Of a DNA stretch of 64,000 nucleotides, positions 9,247 to 20,003 are shown in pieces. A model generated the notes under the pieces. That model was given only the letters and a program-made list of their open reading frames with translations, ran no database searches and had not been told where the DNA came from. Made by a program: the position numbers and the translations under genes. Source of the DNA: Candidatus Calescibacterium sp. (GTDB lineage Bacteria > Calescibacteriota > Calescibacteriia > Calescibacteriales > Calescibacteriaceae). How positions within the stretch are numbered: position 1 is the stretch's first letter; every line of letters starts with the position of its first letter. Where the stretch lies: the NCBI GenBank assembly GCA_032249135.1, contig JAVVGL010000001.1:64001-128000 (forward strand), in the 5' to 3' direction.

Positions 9247-10650
9247 ATGAATGACAAAGAAAAATTTATATTTGATTTTTTAGATAACATAGAGTTTATA
9301 TCTCCTCTGATCAAAGGATTTCCAAAATATGTAGAAGAGATAGAAAGTATAAGAGAAAAAGCAAAAATATTCATTCGTGAAAACAGAGAAAAAATAGATG
9401 AAGCAGAAAAAAGAGCGGAAGAAAATCCATACTTTTTTGATTGGGATATAGTAAAAGAAGGAGGGAAAAGAGGGTTTTTATCGTTCATAATACCCAAAGA
9501 ATTTGGAGGAGGTGGAGTAAAATCGCTACCCTACTCTTTTTTTGAAGAAGAGTTGTGCGCAGAATCTGCCGGAATAGGAAATATATTTGGGGCTCACGCC
9601 CTGGGACTTACTCCAATTCTGCTCTCACCTTACATATTCTCTTTTTCACACATCATAAATGAAGTTGTTGAGAACGAAAAGAAGTCTCCAATCCTCTTTG
9701 CTTTTGCCCTCACGGAACCAACAGGTGGCTCTGATGTTCAACAAAACGAAGATTGGCTCAAAAAAGCTAAAATATTGACAGTTGCAAAAAAAGTCAAAGG
9801 TGGGTATATACTCAACGGACGAAAAGTTTTCATTTCAAATGGTTCAGTAGCAAAATATCTCACAGTATTTGCCATACAAGATAGACAAAATCCAAGTTTT
9901 ATGTGTCTTCTTGTAGAAAACAACCCAAAAATTGTAAGCAGAGTTGAAAATAAAATGGGACAAAAAACAGCTCACGCAGCAGAGCTTGTTTTTGAAGATG
10001 TATTCGTACCAGATGATATGGTAGTTCTAAAAGAAGGGGAAGGATCATTTATAGATAGAGTTATTCTGTCTTTGACGCGAGCACCAGTTGGAGCAATAGC
10101 CACAGGCATAGCAAAAGGAGCTATAAAGAAAACTTTGGAAATACTAATAAATTCAGAAAACGAAAAATTAGAAAACGAATTCGTTGCAGATAGAATATCA
10201 GAAGCTATATCAAAGCTCCAGATGGCAAGAAGCCTTTGGATATCAGCTTGCTTCCTTCAAGATTATGAGGGAACGATGAAAATAAATGACCTTATTCCCG
10301 TAAAACTTATGGCTTTAATTTTTTCACAAACTTCCAAAATATGGGAAAATACTACAAGAAAACTTGGAAGAAAATTAGGTGAAATGCTAAAAGACCTACT
10401 TTTCAATTACCTTGCTAAAAACCTAAAAAAATTTGAATCTTTTTCGTCTATGGCTAAGTTTTCAGCAACTCAATTTTCTTTTGAGGTTTGCAGAATATGT
10501 ATGGAGATACTCGGGGAATTAGGTCCTGATAAATCTAAAAAAGTAGAGAGATTTTTGAGAGATGTAAGACTGACACAAATTTATGAAACAACAAACGAAG
10601 TGAATAAAATTATTTTGTATAGAAACCTTCTTGGAGCGAAGAAAATATGA
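9247..10650 (+). CDS. Acyl-CoA dehydrogenase
   Basis: IPKEFGGGG, AFALTEPTGGSD, LNGRKVFISNG, KMGQ, ERFLRDVRLTQIYE. Confidence 0.9.
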   Translation: MNDKEKFIFDFLDNIEFISPLIKGFPKYVEEIESIREKAKIFIRENREKIDEAEKRAEENPYFFDWDIVKEGGKRGFLSFIIPKEFGGGGVKSLPYSFFEEELCAESAGIGNIFGAHALGLTPILLSPYIFSFSHIINEVVENEKKSPILFAFALTEPTGGSDVQQNEDWLKKAKILTVAKKVKGGYILNGRKVFISNGSVAKYLTVFAIQDRQNPSFMCLLVENNPKIVSRVENKMGQKTAHAAELVFEDVFVPDDMVVLKEGEGSFIDRVILSLTRAPVGAIATGIAKGAIKKTLEILINSENEKLENEFVADRISEAISKLQMARSLWISACFLQDYEGTMKINDLIPVKLMALIFSQTSKIWENTTRKLGRKLGEMLKDLLFNYLAKNLKKFESFSSMAKFSATQFSFEVCRICMEILGELGPDKSKKVERFLRDVRLTQIYETTNEVNKIILYRNLLGAKKI

Positions 10651-12062
10651 TTCTTGAACTTCTAAGAGATTTGGTATTTGAAATAGCAAAAAAAGAAATT
10701 CCACAAGATGTAAAAGAAATAGCAGAAAGGCAGATAGAAAATCTGAAAATATCAGCAGAAGCAGGTAAAAAAAACAAAGCATTCAGTGGAATTGAAGAAA
10801 AAGTTGAAAAGATTGGATTATCATCTCCGCTGAAAGAAATTCTTTTAAATTCAGCAGCATCTACAATTTACGATTGGGATGACTATCTTTTTGCAGGACA
10901 TACAGGACACTCTGCTGTCTTCACATCTTTATTTTTAGGTGAAAATTTCAAAATAGAAAAGGAAAAAGTATTGAAGGCTGTAATAGTGGGGAATGAAATC
11001 GGCGGAAGGTTTGGAATTGCTACCTTGATGGGACCACTCAACGGTCAGATGATGACTTTCCTTCACGGTATAATTTCAGCTTCAATCACAGAGTTTTTGA
11101 TGGGAGATATAAGCAAAATACCAAAGAAAATCTCATTTTATGTCTCAAATCCTCACTTTTTACATTTCGGAGGATTTATGGGAGGAGAAACAAAAGTTTT
11201 CTCTGTTGCTTTCCCCACAATTCAGGGAGTAATAGCATCTATTTTTGATTTCAAAGAGAATGAAAGAGCATTTGATAGTTTTTTCAAACTATTCTCATAT
11301 AGCAAATTAGAAAAGAAATTCTTAGAGAAAGTTTTTTCTCCTGATTTTTTTCTGACAAGAACCCTCATGATAAAGGAACTCCCAGGGTGTGCTTATGTTC
11401 TTCCACAACTTGAATGCGTAATATCTTTAAAAGATAAAATAATAGAATCGTTCGGTAAATTTGATATTGATTGTGTTCAGAAAATAGAGATTGAATACTC
11501 CATAATTCCTGCAATACTTGATTTAATCTCGTCAAAATTTTTAGATTTCTCAAATCATATCCCTGCTCAATTTTCAACATACTGTACTATTGCTCTTGCA
11601 CTTTCTGGTGATAATTTTTCATTCAGATCATACGAGAATATAGATGATGAGAAATCAAAGATTTTGCAGCTTACATCAAAAATTCAAATAAAGCACAATC
11701 CAAAATATACAGAGGAAGTTATTGAAAGAGTTATAAATCATTTTCCTTTTCTTCTTCTTTCTAAGCCTAAAATCACCGGTCTTATAAGGGCTTTACTTTA
11801 TTCCGAAGCGAAAATAAACACTTTAGAAACTTTGCCGATTTTTCCGAAAGTTATAAAAACACTAATACAAAAACCGGAAAATAAAGATGCTTCATTCTCC
11901 CCCGATAGCTTTGAATTTATATTCCCTGCGAAAGTTAGAATTTTATACAGGAACGCAGTATTTGAAGAAGAAAGATTATCTCACTCATTTCCTGCAAAAT
12001 CTGAAAAGGCAGAAGAAATAATAAAGAAGAAGAAAAAATTTGTTATGTCAAACTATCAATAG
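10647..12062 (+). CDS. MmgE/PrpD family protein
   Basis: DWDDYLFAGHTGH, GNEIGGRFG, KELPGCAY motifs; 4-nt overlap with the upstream ACAD. Confidence 0.75.
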   Translation: MILELLRDLVFEIAKKEIPQDVKEIAERQIENLKISAEAGKKNKAFSGIEEKVEKIGLSSPLKEILLNSAASTIYDWDDYLFAGHTGHSAVFTSLFLGENFKIEKEKVLKAVIVGNEIGGRFGIATLMGPLNGQMMTFLHGIISASITEFLMGDISKIPKKISFYVSNPHFLHFGGFMGGETKVFSVAFPTIQGVIASIFDFKENERAFDSFFKLFSYSKLEKKFLEKVFSPDFFLTRTLMIKELPGCAYVLPQLECVISLKDKIIESFGKFDIDCVQKIEIEYSIIPAILDLISSKFLDFSNHIPAQFSTYCTIALALSGDNFSFRSYENIDDEKSKILQLTSKIQIKHNPKYTEEVIERVINHFPFLLLSKPKITGLIRALLYSEAKINTLETLPIFPKVIKTLIQKPENKDASFSPDSFEFIFPAKVRILYRNAVFEEERLSHSFPAKSEKAEEIIKKKKKFVMSNYQ

Positions 12063-12075
12063 ATGAAAGAAGAAC

Positions 12076-12250
12076 TTATGAGAAATTGAATGGTTTAAAA
12101 AGTCTTCTGGACAGAACAAAAATAACTACAAATAGGGCATATAGGAATGCTTCGGTGAAATCTTTTGGAATATTTTCGCTCCCACCAACTCTCCATGAGC
12201 AACCTACTGCTTTGCAGGATTTATGTTAAAATCCACTATATACACAAAAT
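12076..12250 (-). pseudogene. Remnant 3' end of a surface-protein gene with a GCS-TM-basic C-terminal sorting tail
   Basis: Reads KAVGCSWRVGGSENIPKDFTEAFLYALFVVIFVLSRRLFKPFNFS*; no start, stops/frameshift upstream. Confidence 0.45.
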
Positions 12251-12488
12251 ATTAATGCAGTAAGGCTTAAATTTCTACGATAAGAAAAAGTACTTGATTA
12301 TTTTCTAGAAAAAGTCCTTGACTATTTTCTACGCTATCCAGAATTTTCCCAGAAACTACAACAAGATCAAATCCAAAAACTTTTTTCCAGTTCCTGAGGT
12401 TTTTCAAACTTTGAGTACTTTATCTTACGATTCACAACGGGATCAAGAGAAAATTCAATTTCTTTTTACTTTAGTTAAAGCCATGAAC

Positions 12489-12791
12489 CTACCATTTTTT
12501 CAAACTCTCTAATTTTTCTTCTGGTGATACCTCTTTATCCCTCCTTTCATCAATTTTTATCACAGTTGAAACTCTTTTTGCTCCTTCTTCAAACACAGCT
12601 TCTTGCATTTCCAAGATCGCTTGAAAAACCCTCTCTTTTTCTCCGTATAAGATTGTGAACATAGCATCTGTTTGATGTTGTATATCTTTATATTTTTCAA
12701 GAACTCGTAAAGCAGCTGCAACATATCTTGATACAGATGGAGTTTCCGTACCCAGAGGAGTTATACTAACAGCGGCTATGATCTTCCCCAT
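12489..12791 (-). CDS. MTH1187/thiamine-binding family protein
   Basis: SITPLGT..SVSRYVAAAL, AMFT, RVSTVIKIDERRDK. Confidence 0.9.
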   Translation of the reverse strand: MGKIIAAVSITPLGTETPSVSRYVAAALRVLEKYKDIQHQTDAMFTILYGEKERVFQAILEMQEAVFEEGAKRVSTVIKIDERRDKEVSPEEKLESLKKW

Positions 12792-12867
12792 ACTTTATAT
12801 TATTTATATGAAATTGAGTTTGAGCAAAAAATCTACAAATGTTATGTTTTTTCTCTTCTCAATCATT

Positions 12868-13740
12868 TTACTTTGCTGCCAAAGATACGATAATAACCCC
12901 CAAGAGCATAAGGAAAGCTCCTTCAAATCTTTTTCCGAATTCTTTATCTTGAAGAAAAAATTTACTAAGAACGACTGAAAAAAGAATACTCGTTCTCTTG
13001 ATAGATATCATGTAAGCTGCCTCAATTTTTGATATAGCAACAAAATGAGTAATAACAGCTATTCCCATCGTTATACCTATAGGTAAAGAAAGTTTATCTG
13101 GTTTTATTAGTTTTACCTTCTCTTTTCTCAGAAGTAAAAATATAGCGGAAAAAATAATAGAGTTAGATAGCATATATGTACTTCCGAAAAAAATTGGGTC
13201 AATATGTAAAGCTAAATACCTTCCGAGAACAGATGTGAAAGAATAAATCAAAGAAGATAAAATCATCAGAAAAACTGCTTTCATATCGGAGGATTTTTTC
13301 CCTTTTAATTGCTCCAAACCGGAAGAATTTGCAGATTTCAAAATTATAAAGCTTCCTGCACCAACAAGAAGAACTCCACCTAAACCATACAAGGAATATT
13401 TATCATCAAGAACAAAGATTGAAAATAAAGGAATAAATATTGGAGTAATGGATTGGAAAGGAAGAACGAGTGAAGCTTCTGAAATTTCAAGAGCTTTCAT
13501 ATAAAAATAGGCTGCAATAATTTCAAGTGGTATTCCAACAAAATAAAGAACCAAATATTTTAAATCTATCTTTTGCCAATTAGTAAAAACAAAAGGGATA
13601 ATAAATGGTATCACAAAAAACCACCTTACAAAGAGTGTAGATAAGCCACTCTCTCCCCTTTTCTCTATAAAGATTTTACATAAGATATCGCTCAAAGCGG
13701 TAAAGAAAGCACATAATGTAGCAACGAAAATCCAAAACAT
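12868..13740 (-). CDS. EamA/DMT family transporter
   Basis: About 10 hydrophobic helices, KALEISEASLVLP, AYMISIKRTSILF. Confidence 0.88.
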   Translation of the reverse strand: MFWIFVATLCAFFTALSDILCKIFIEKRGESGLSTLFVRWFFVIPFIIPFVFTNWQKIDLKYLVLYFVGIPLEIIAAYFYMKALEISEASLVLPFQSITPIFIPLFSIFVLDDKYSLYGLGGVLLVGAGSFIILKSANSSGLEQLKGKKSSDMKAVFLMILSSLIYSFTSVLGRYLALHIDPIFFGSTYMLSNSIIFSAIFLLLRKEKVKLIKPDKLSLPIGITMGIAVITHFVAISKIEAAYMISIKRTSILFSVVLSKFFLQDKEFGKRFEGAFLMLLGVIIVSLAAK

Positions 13741-13758
13741 AAAGTTCTAAAATTGAAG

Positions 13759-15855
13759 TCAAACAGATTTACTATTATTTTTTCTTTCAGAAATAACTTT
13801 GCCCCATCTTGAAATAGCAGTAATAAAAACAAATGAAACTATAACAAGGTAAAGAGAAAGAACGAATACATTAAGGTAATCTCCAAAAATAACCCGCTGA
13901 GCCACATCAGGTGATGGAATATTTGCAGGCAATTGACCTTTCAGTAATGCTTCTTTGAGATAACTTGCGTGTGCAAGAAAACCTATCTTTGGGTCTGAAT
14001 GAAATATTTTCTGCAAGGCCCCAAAACTTGTGTTGAATACAACAAAAATCATAGGAATTGCAGTTATAAATGCATACTTTAATTTTCCGTTGTTGATAAG
14101 ATATGTTGTGGCTATGATAAGAGCCATACTTGCAAGAAGCTGATTTGCTATACCAAAAATCGGCCAGAATGTCTTTATACCTCCATAAGGATCAACAACC
14201 CCAGCATAAAGAAAATATCCCCAAAGAGAAACTGTTACAAAAGTGGCAATAAAAGATGAAAACAGAGAATTGTAATCGCCAAGCTTTGAAATTAATCTAC
14301 CTGCAAGGTCTTGAAATATAAATCTCCCAATTCTTGTTCCAGCATCAATAGTTGTGAGTATAAAGAGAGCTTCAAATAGTATTATGAAGTGATAAAAGAA
14401 AGCAATAAGATGCTCTCCGAAAACCTTTGAAAATATAAGAGCCATGCCTATTGCCAAACTTGGAGCTCCACCAGTTCTTGAAAGTATAGTTTTTTCTTCT
14501 ATAGCACGAGCAAGATTTTCTATATCTTCCGCGGTAATATAAAACCCCCAAGTTCTTATTTTTTCCACAGCAGATTCCACGGTCTTACCTATTTCAGATT
14601 GAGGAGAATTTATAGCAAAATAAATTCCGGGATCCATAGTAACAGCAGCGATCAAAGCCATAACGGCAACGAACGATTCCATAAGCATACCAGCGTATCC
14701 TACAAATCTTGCATCTGTTTCTTTATCTAAAAGTTTTGGAGTTGTACCAGAAGACACAAGTGAGTGGAAGCCAGAAATTGCACCGCAAGCTATTGTTATG
14801 AACAAAAACGGAACCAAATCCCCCTTCCATACAGGACCATCTCCGTTTATAAATTGTGTTATAGCTGGCATTTTTATTTCAGGAATAGCGAGGAATATTC
14901 CAACCGCTAAAATAACAACAGTTCCAATTTTCAAAAATGTACTTAGGTAATCTCGTGGAGCAAGTAGAAGCCAAACGGGTAGCACAGAAGCAGATGCTCC
15001 ATAAAGTATAAGGAATATCGCAATTTGCTTTTCGGAAAGAGAAAAGAGTTTTGAAAGTTCGGGATGTAAAGCTATAAATCTTCCAGCAACAAGACTTGCA
15101 ATAAGGGCTAAAAAACCAAATAAAGATGGCAAAGCAACATCTCCAGGTTTTATCTTCCACATCCATACTCCCATAACCATAGCTATTGGTATGGTCATGA
15201 ATATGGTAAATACTCCCCATGGACTTTCAAACATAGCTTTCACGACAACGAGAGCAAGAACAGCCATAAGAATTGTAAGTATTGAGTATATTCCTAAAAG
15301 AACAAGCGTTCCCGCGAATTTACCAAGTTGCTCAGATGCTATCTCTCCCAAAGATTTGGCTTTACTTCTTGTAGATATTATGAGAATTACCATATCTTGA
15401 ACAGCACCAGCTAAAATGACTCCGAATATTATCCATAAAGTAGCCGGAAGATACCCCATCTGAGCCGCGAGAACCGGTCCGACCAGAGGTCCCGCTCCAC
15501 TTATTGCAGCAAAGTGATGTCCAAAAACCACATATTTGTTCGTAGGGACGAAATCATACCCATTATTGAAAATGTGAGCGGGTGTTGGGTTCGAAGGATC
15601 TAACCTGAAAACTCTGTTTGCTATGAATCTACTATAATATCTATATCCAACAAAGTAAGAAGATAGAGCAAGAACTAAAATCCACGCTGCCGATATGTTC
15701 TCTCCTCTGTATATTGCGAGAACAAAAAGAGAAAGGAAAATAAGGGAACCGAAAATGAAAGGTATAAAAGGACCGTTGAGTTTTCCGGAATTTTCAGCCC
15801 TAATGATTTTTTCTTTTATTTTTTCGCTAAAAAATGTATGAGCACACATGTTCAA
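13759..15855 (-). CDS. cstA: Carbon starvation protein A (peptide/pyruvate transporter)
   Basis: FGHHFAAISGAGPLVGPVLAAQMGYLP, LLAPRDYLSTF, ITIACGAISGFHSL. Confidence 0.95.
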   Translation of the reverse strand: MNMCAHTFFSEKIKEKIIRAENSGKLNGPFIPFIFGSLIFLSLFVLAIYRGENISAAWILVLALSSYFVGYRYYSRFIANRVFRLDPSNPTPAHIFNNGYDFVPTNKYVVFGHHFAAISGAGPLVGPVLAAQMGYLPATLWIIFGVILAGAVQDMVILIISTRSKAKSLGEIASEQLGKFAGTLVLLGIYSILTILMAVLALVVVKAMFESPWGVFTIFMTIPIAMVMGVWMWKIKPGDVALPSLFGFLALIASLVAGRFIALHPELSKLFSLSEKQIAIFLILYGASASVLPVWLLLAPRDYLSTFLKIGTVVILAVGIFLAIPEIKMPAITQFINGDGPVWKGDLVPFLFITIACGAISGFHSLVSSGTTPKLLDKETDARFVGYAGMLMESFVAVMALIAAVTMDPGIYFAINSPQSEIGKTVESAVEKIRTWGFYITAEDIENLARAIEEKTILSRTGGAPSLAIGMALIFSKVFGEHLIAFFYHFIILFEALFILTTIDAGTRIGRFIFQDLAGRLISKLGDYNSLFSSFIATFVTVSLWGYFLYAGVVDPYGGIKTFWPIFGIANQLLASMALIIATTYLINNGKLKYAFITAIPMIFVVFNTSFGALQKIFHSDPKIGFLAHASYLKEALLKGQLPANIPSPDVAQRVIFGDYLNVFVLSLYLVIVSFVFITAISRWGKVISERKNNSKSV

Positions 15856-16913
15856 TCACCAAAAGGTTTGGGCATGAAAATTTTTTGCCATTTATCAACT
15901 GCAAAACTATCTGTCATTCCAGCTATAAAATCTATTATACGCTGCTCCAGGGGTTCATCTTGTAAAAATCCATCACTTTCAATCTCAAATATATCAGGAT
16001 TGTTAAGATAAAATTCATATAGGTCAAGAATTATTCTTTCCACTTTTCTCGTTTCTTTCATAACAATTTCTGATGTATATACTCTTTCATAAAGGAAACT
16101 TCGCAAACTCTCCATAGCCCACAGCATATCATCAGAACACTTTATATCTCCCTCATTCAAAGAAGTGTAAATTACATCCTTTACCATTTTATCAATTCTT
16201 TCTCCGTATTCCTCACCTATTATCTTCCTTATCTCCGATGGCACATCAGATATCTTTATTATTTCAGCTCTTATGGCGTCATCAAGGTCATGATTAAGAT
16301 ATGCTATAATATCGCTAAGGCGTACCACCTTACCCTCTGCGGTAACAGGAATAAATTCTGGATTATCAGGGAAAATTTTTCCCATACCTTTTGAGTGCTT
16401 CAATATTCCATCAATAACCTCAAAAGTAAGGTTTAATCCTCTGCCACCTCTTTCTATCTTTTCAACAACTCTAACTGATTGCTTTGCATGATGGAAATCT
16501 GGAACTATTTTTCTCATGGCAAATTCACCTGCGTGTCCGAACGGAGTATGTCCGAGGTCATGCCCCAGAGCTATTGCCTCTGTGAGGTCTTCATTTAGAC
16601 GAAGAGCACGAGAAATTGTTCTTGCAATCTGCATAACTTCAAGGGTATGAGTAAGACGAGTTCTGTAATGGTCTCCTTTTGGAAGTATTAGAACCTGCGT
16701 TTTTCTTTTGAGGCGCCTGAAAGCTTTAGAATGCAGTATCCTATCTCTATCAACTTGAAAACAAGTTCTTATTTCGCAAGGGGATTCCGGTATCTTTCTA
16801 CCTCTTGACTTTACACTTGGTGTAGCAAGAGGTGATAAATTTTCCAATTCAATTTCCTCTGTTATTTCTCTTGGGGATTTACCTTGTGCAGACTTAAAGC
16901 CCATATTACTCAA
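15852..16913 (-). CDS. dgt: Deoxyguanosinetriphosphate triphosphohydrolase (HD family)
   Basis: FQVDRDRILHSKAFRRLKRKTQV, RTRLTHTLEV, HDLGHTPFGHAGE, DFIAGMTD. Confidence 0.93.
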   Translation of the reverse strand: MSNMGFKSAQGKSPREITEEIELENLSPLATPSVKSRGRKIPESPCEIRTCFQVDRDRILHSKAFRRLKRKTQVLILPKGDHYRTRLTHTLEVMQIARTISRALRLNEDLTEAIALGHDLGHTPFGHAGEFAMRKIVPDFHHAKQSVRVVEKIERGGRGLNLTFEVIDGILKHSKGMGKIFPDNPEFIPVTAEGKVVRLSDIIAYLNHDLDDAIRAEIIKISDVPSEIRKIIGEEYGERIDKMVKDVIYTSLNEGDIKCSDDMLWAMESLRSFLYERVYTSEIVMKETRKVERIILDLYEFYLNNPDIFEIESDGFLQDEPLEQRIIDFIAGMTDSFAVDKWQKIFMPKPFGD

Positions 16914-16935
16914 TTATGAATTATATAAATATGAA

Positions 16936-17211
16936 TTATATAACAAAAATATTTATTTCTTTACCATTTGTATAAAATAAAGCTTTCCTGGTTCCCAAAT
17001 CTATTTCCTCCTCTTTTTTTGCTCCTGCCTTTTCTTCTTCCATTTTCTCCCCTTTTTGTTTTTCCCTTATCCTGATTTTTCCTTTTATTATAGCAACAAA
17101 CTCTGCATGCTTTTCAAGAATTTCTGCATCCCCGAGCTCCGTCGTAACATAAACAGAAACACACTCCCCCTCGTATAATTTTCTATCAGGAGAAATGATT
17201 TTTATCCTCAT
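16936..17211 (-). CDS. F1 ATP synthase epsilon-like protein (N-terminal beta-sandwich only)
   Basis: MRIKIISPDRKLYEGE..SV..TELGDAEILEKHAEFVAII resembles the AtpC N-domain (GxxxILxxH). Confidence 0.65.
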   Translation of the reverse strand: MRIKIISPDRKLYEGECVSVYVTTELGDAEILEKHAEFVAIIKGKIRIREKQKGEKMEEEKAGAKKEEEIDLGTRKALFYTNGKEINIFVI

Positions 17212-17291
17212 AAATTTACAAATTTTTTTACTCAGGAAAATAACTTGATTTTTTGCAAAATTTTTCAAAGGACTTACCTATTTTCATTTAA

Positions 17292-18170
17292 ATGAAAGCT
17301 GTAATACTCGCAGGAGGAACTGGTTCAAGGCTTTATCCGACAACTTATGCCATAAATAAACATCTACTTCCAATATACAACAAACCTATGATATATTATC
17401 CTCTCTCACTTGTGATGCTTGCAAAAATAAGAGAGGTAATTTTCGTTGTAAATCCAGAAGATATCCCTTTATATAAAAAGCTTTTCGGAAATGGAGAGGA
17501 ACTTGGGATGAAAATAATGTATGCTGTTCAGGAAAAACCCTTGGGTTTAGCTCATGCGCTCCTTGCGGCCGAAGAATACATAAATAATAAAGATAGTGTC
17601 TGCCTTGTTCTTGGAGATAATATATTTTTTGGACACGGAATACCCGAACTACTTTTACAAGCAAAATACGATGTTGAAAAAAATGGTGGAGCTTATGTTT
17701 TCGGATATTTTGTCAAAGATCCGGAAAGATACGGTGTAGTTGAGTTTGATAGTGAAGGAAGAGTAATTTCAATAGAAGAGAAACCAAAAAATCCGAAATC
17801 AAATTTTGCAGTTGTTGGTCTCTATTTTTATGATAATACAGTTTTTGAGAAAGCAAAAAAAATAAAACCTTCTTGGCGAGGTGAATTTGAAATAACATCT
17901 GTGAATGAAGAATACCTCAAAGAAGGAAAGCTTAAAGTCAAATTACTTGGTAGAGGGTTTGCCTGGTTTGATGCAGGAACCCATGATAGCTTTCTTGAAG
18001 CCGGAGAATTCGTAGCAACGATAGAAAAGAAAACAGGACTTATGATAGGATGCATAGAAGAAATAGCTTACAGAAACGGTTGGATTTCAAAACAAAAATT
18101 AGAAGAAATTGCAAAAAAACTCTCAAAAACAGACTACGGTGAATACCTCCTCAAAATCCTAAAAGAGTAA
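17292..18170 (+). CDS. rfbA: Glucose-1-phosphate thymidylyltransferase
   Basis: [45 protein letters not shown]. Confidence 0.96.
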   Translation: MKAVILAGGTGSRLYPTTYAINKHLLPIYNKPMIYYPLSLVMLAKIREVIFVVNPEDIPLYKKLFGNGEELGMKIMYAVQEKPLGLAHALLAAEEYINNKDSVCLVLGDNIFFGHGIPELLLQAKYDVEKNGGAYVFGYFVKDPERYGVVEFDSEGRVISIEEKPKNPKSNFAVVGLYFYDNTVFEKAKKIKPSWRGEFEITSVNEEYLKEGKLKVKLLGRGFAWFDAGTHDSFLEAGEFVATIEKKTGLMIGCIEEIAYRNGWISKQKLEEIAKKLSKTDYGEYLLKILKE

Positions 18171-18262
18171 TTTAAAGAGTAATTTTTCAGTTTTTTCACA
18201 TCACATAAATAGGACATTTGAGAAAATTTTTTTCGGACAAACTCCGATTAACTTTAATTTAT

Positions 18263-19996
18263 ATGAGAAAAAAGATAGGAGAAATTTTATTAGAATTCGG
18301 AGTTAGCGAAGAAAAAATTCAAGAAGCATTAAAAATACAGAAAGAAAAAGGCGGAAAAATAGGAGAGATTCTTGTAAAGATGGGAGCAATTGATGAGGAA
18401 AAATTATATAAAGCTTTGGCTTTACAATTCGGAACACAATTCATTCCAAAAATAGAAAAAGAATATGTATATGAGGATATGGCAAAAGATATTCCGCCTC
18501 ACTATGCCAAATCAAAAAAGTTCATCATACTCAAACCTCAAATAAACCTAAAAACCGATGGTAAATGGAATTCAGATAACGGTCAATTTGACTTTATTCC
18601 ATGTGTTATGGCAAATGTGCAAGATATGGAACTTATCTCAGAGTTGCAAAGAAAATTTAAAAGACCAATAAAGGTTATGGTAGCAAAAGAGAGTGAAATA
18701 GAGAACCTGATAAATGAAATATATGGAGAAAGAACTACAATAGAAGTTTCAAAAGAAGTTGAAAGAGCGGAGGAAATTTTTGCATCAGAAATAGAAGAAA
18801 CCACAAAAGATATTCTTGAAGAAAAAGGTGAAGCACCAATAATAAGGTTCGTAAATGCTCTGTTTTTCCAAGCAGTAAAAGAAAGAGCATCAGATATACA
18901 CATAGAACCTGCTGAAAAAGAAACAGTAATAAGAATGAGAATAGATGGAGTCCTCCACGAAATAATAAGAATAAATAAATCTCTTCACGAACCAATAGTA
19001 TCAAGAATAAAAGTTATGTCAAGACTTGACATAGCAGAAAAGAGAATACCACAAGATGGGAAAATAAAACTCAAAGTCGCAGGAAAAGACATAGATGTAA
19101 GAGTATCAACTTTGCCAACAATTTTCGGAGAAAGGGTTTCTTTGAGAATTCTTGATAGGACAGCAACTATTTTAAAAATAGAGGAGCTCGGAATGGAAGA
19201 TGATATGATTGAAAAAATGAAACAACTCATAAAGAAAACTTATGGTATGATTCTTATAACAGGTCCGACAGGTTCAGGAAAAACCACAACTTTATACGCT
19301 TGTCTTTCAGAAATAAATTCCCCGGGAATAAACATAATAACTATTGAGGATCCAATAGAGTATCAACTGAAAGGAATAAATCAAATTCAAGTTAATCCAA
19401 AAGTTGGATTGACTTTTGCAACAGGGTTAAGGTCTATTTTAAGACAGGACCCAGATGTGATAATGGTAGGAGAAATAAGAGACGGTGAAACAGCATCAAT
19501 AGCAATACATGCAGCACTGACAGGGCACCTTGTTTTATCAACACTCCACACGAACGATGCCCCAAGTGCAATAACCCGTCTTATAGATATGGGAATAGAA
19601 CCTTATCTTATCTCATCAGCAGTATTTGCTACACTCGCTCAAAGATTAGTAAGGAAAATATGTCAAAAATGCAAAGTTCCTTATGAGCCTGACCAAAAAG
19701 AGCTTGATCTTGTAGGACTTACACGAGATCAAATACCAGATGGAATACTTTATAAAGGTCGAGGATGCAAGGAATGTTTCGGAACAGGATTTAAGGGAAG
19801 AATAGGAATCTTTGAATTATTTCTTATAGATGATGATATAAGAGAACTTATAAACTCAAAAGCAGATTCAATGAAACTAAAAATTGTAGGTATATCAAAA
19901 GGCATGAGAACTTTGAGAGAAGACGGAATATTAAAAGTAATAAAAGGCATTACAACAATTCAAGAACTTGCAAGAGTAATTCAGGAAAGTGTGTAG
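18263..19996 (+). CDS. gspE: Type II secretion / type IV pilus assembly ATPase (GspE/PilB family)
   Basis: N-terminal KIGEILL MshEN-like repeats, ASDIHIEP, GPTGSGKTTT, LRQDPDVIMVGEIRD, STLHTN, CxxC pairs. Confidence 0.88.
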   Translation: MRKKIGEILLEFGVSEEKIQEALKIQKEKGGKIGEILVKMGAIDEEKLYKALALQFGTQFIPKIEKEYVYEDMAKDIPPHYAKSKKFIILKPQINLKTDGKWNSDNGQFDFIPCVMANVQDMELISELQRKFKRPIKVMVAKESEIENLINEIYGERTTIEVSKEVERAEEIFASEIEETTKDILEEKGEAPIIRFVNALFFQAVKERASDIHIEPAEKETVIRMRIDGVLHEIIRINKSLHEPIVSRIKVMSRLDIAEKRIPQDGKIKLKVAGKDIDVRVSTLPTIFGERVSLRILDRTATILKIEELGMEDDMIEKMKQLIKKTYGMILITGPTGSGKTTTLYACLSEINSPGINIITIEDPIEYQLKGINQIQVNPKVGLTFATGLRSILRQDPDVIMVGEIRDGETASIAIHAALTGHLVLSTLHTNDAPSAITRLIDMGIEPYLISSAVFATLAQRLVRKICQKCKVPYEPDQKELDLVGLTRDQIPDGILYKGRGCKECFGTGFKGRIGIFELFLIDDDIRELINSKADSMKLKIVGISKGMRTLREDGILKVIKGITTIQELARVIQESV

Positions 19997-20003
19997 TTCA
20001 ATC

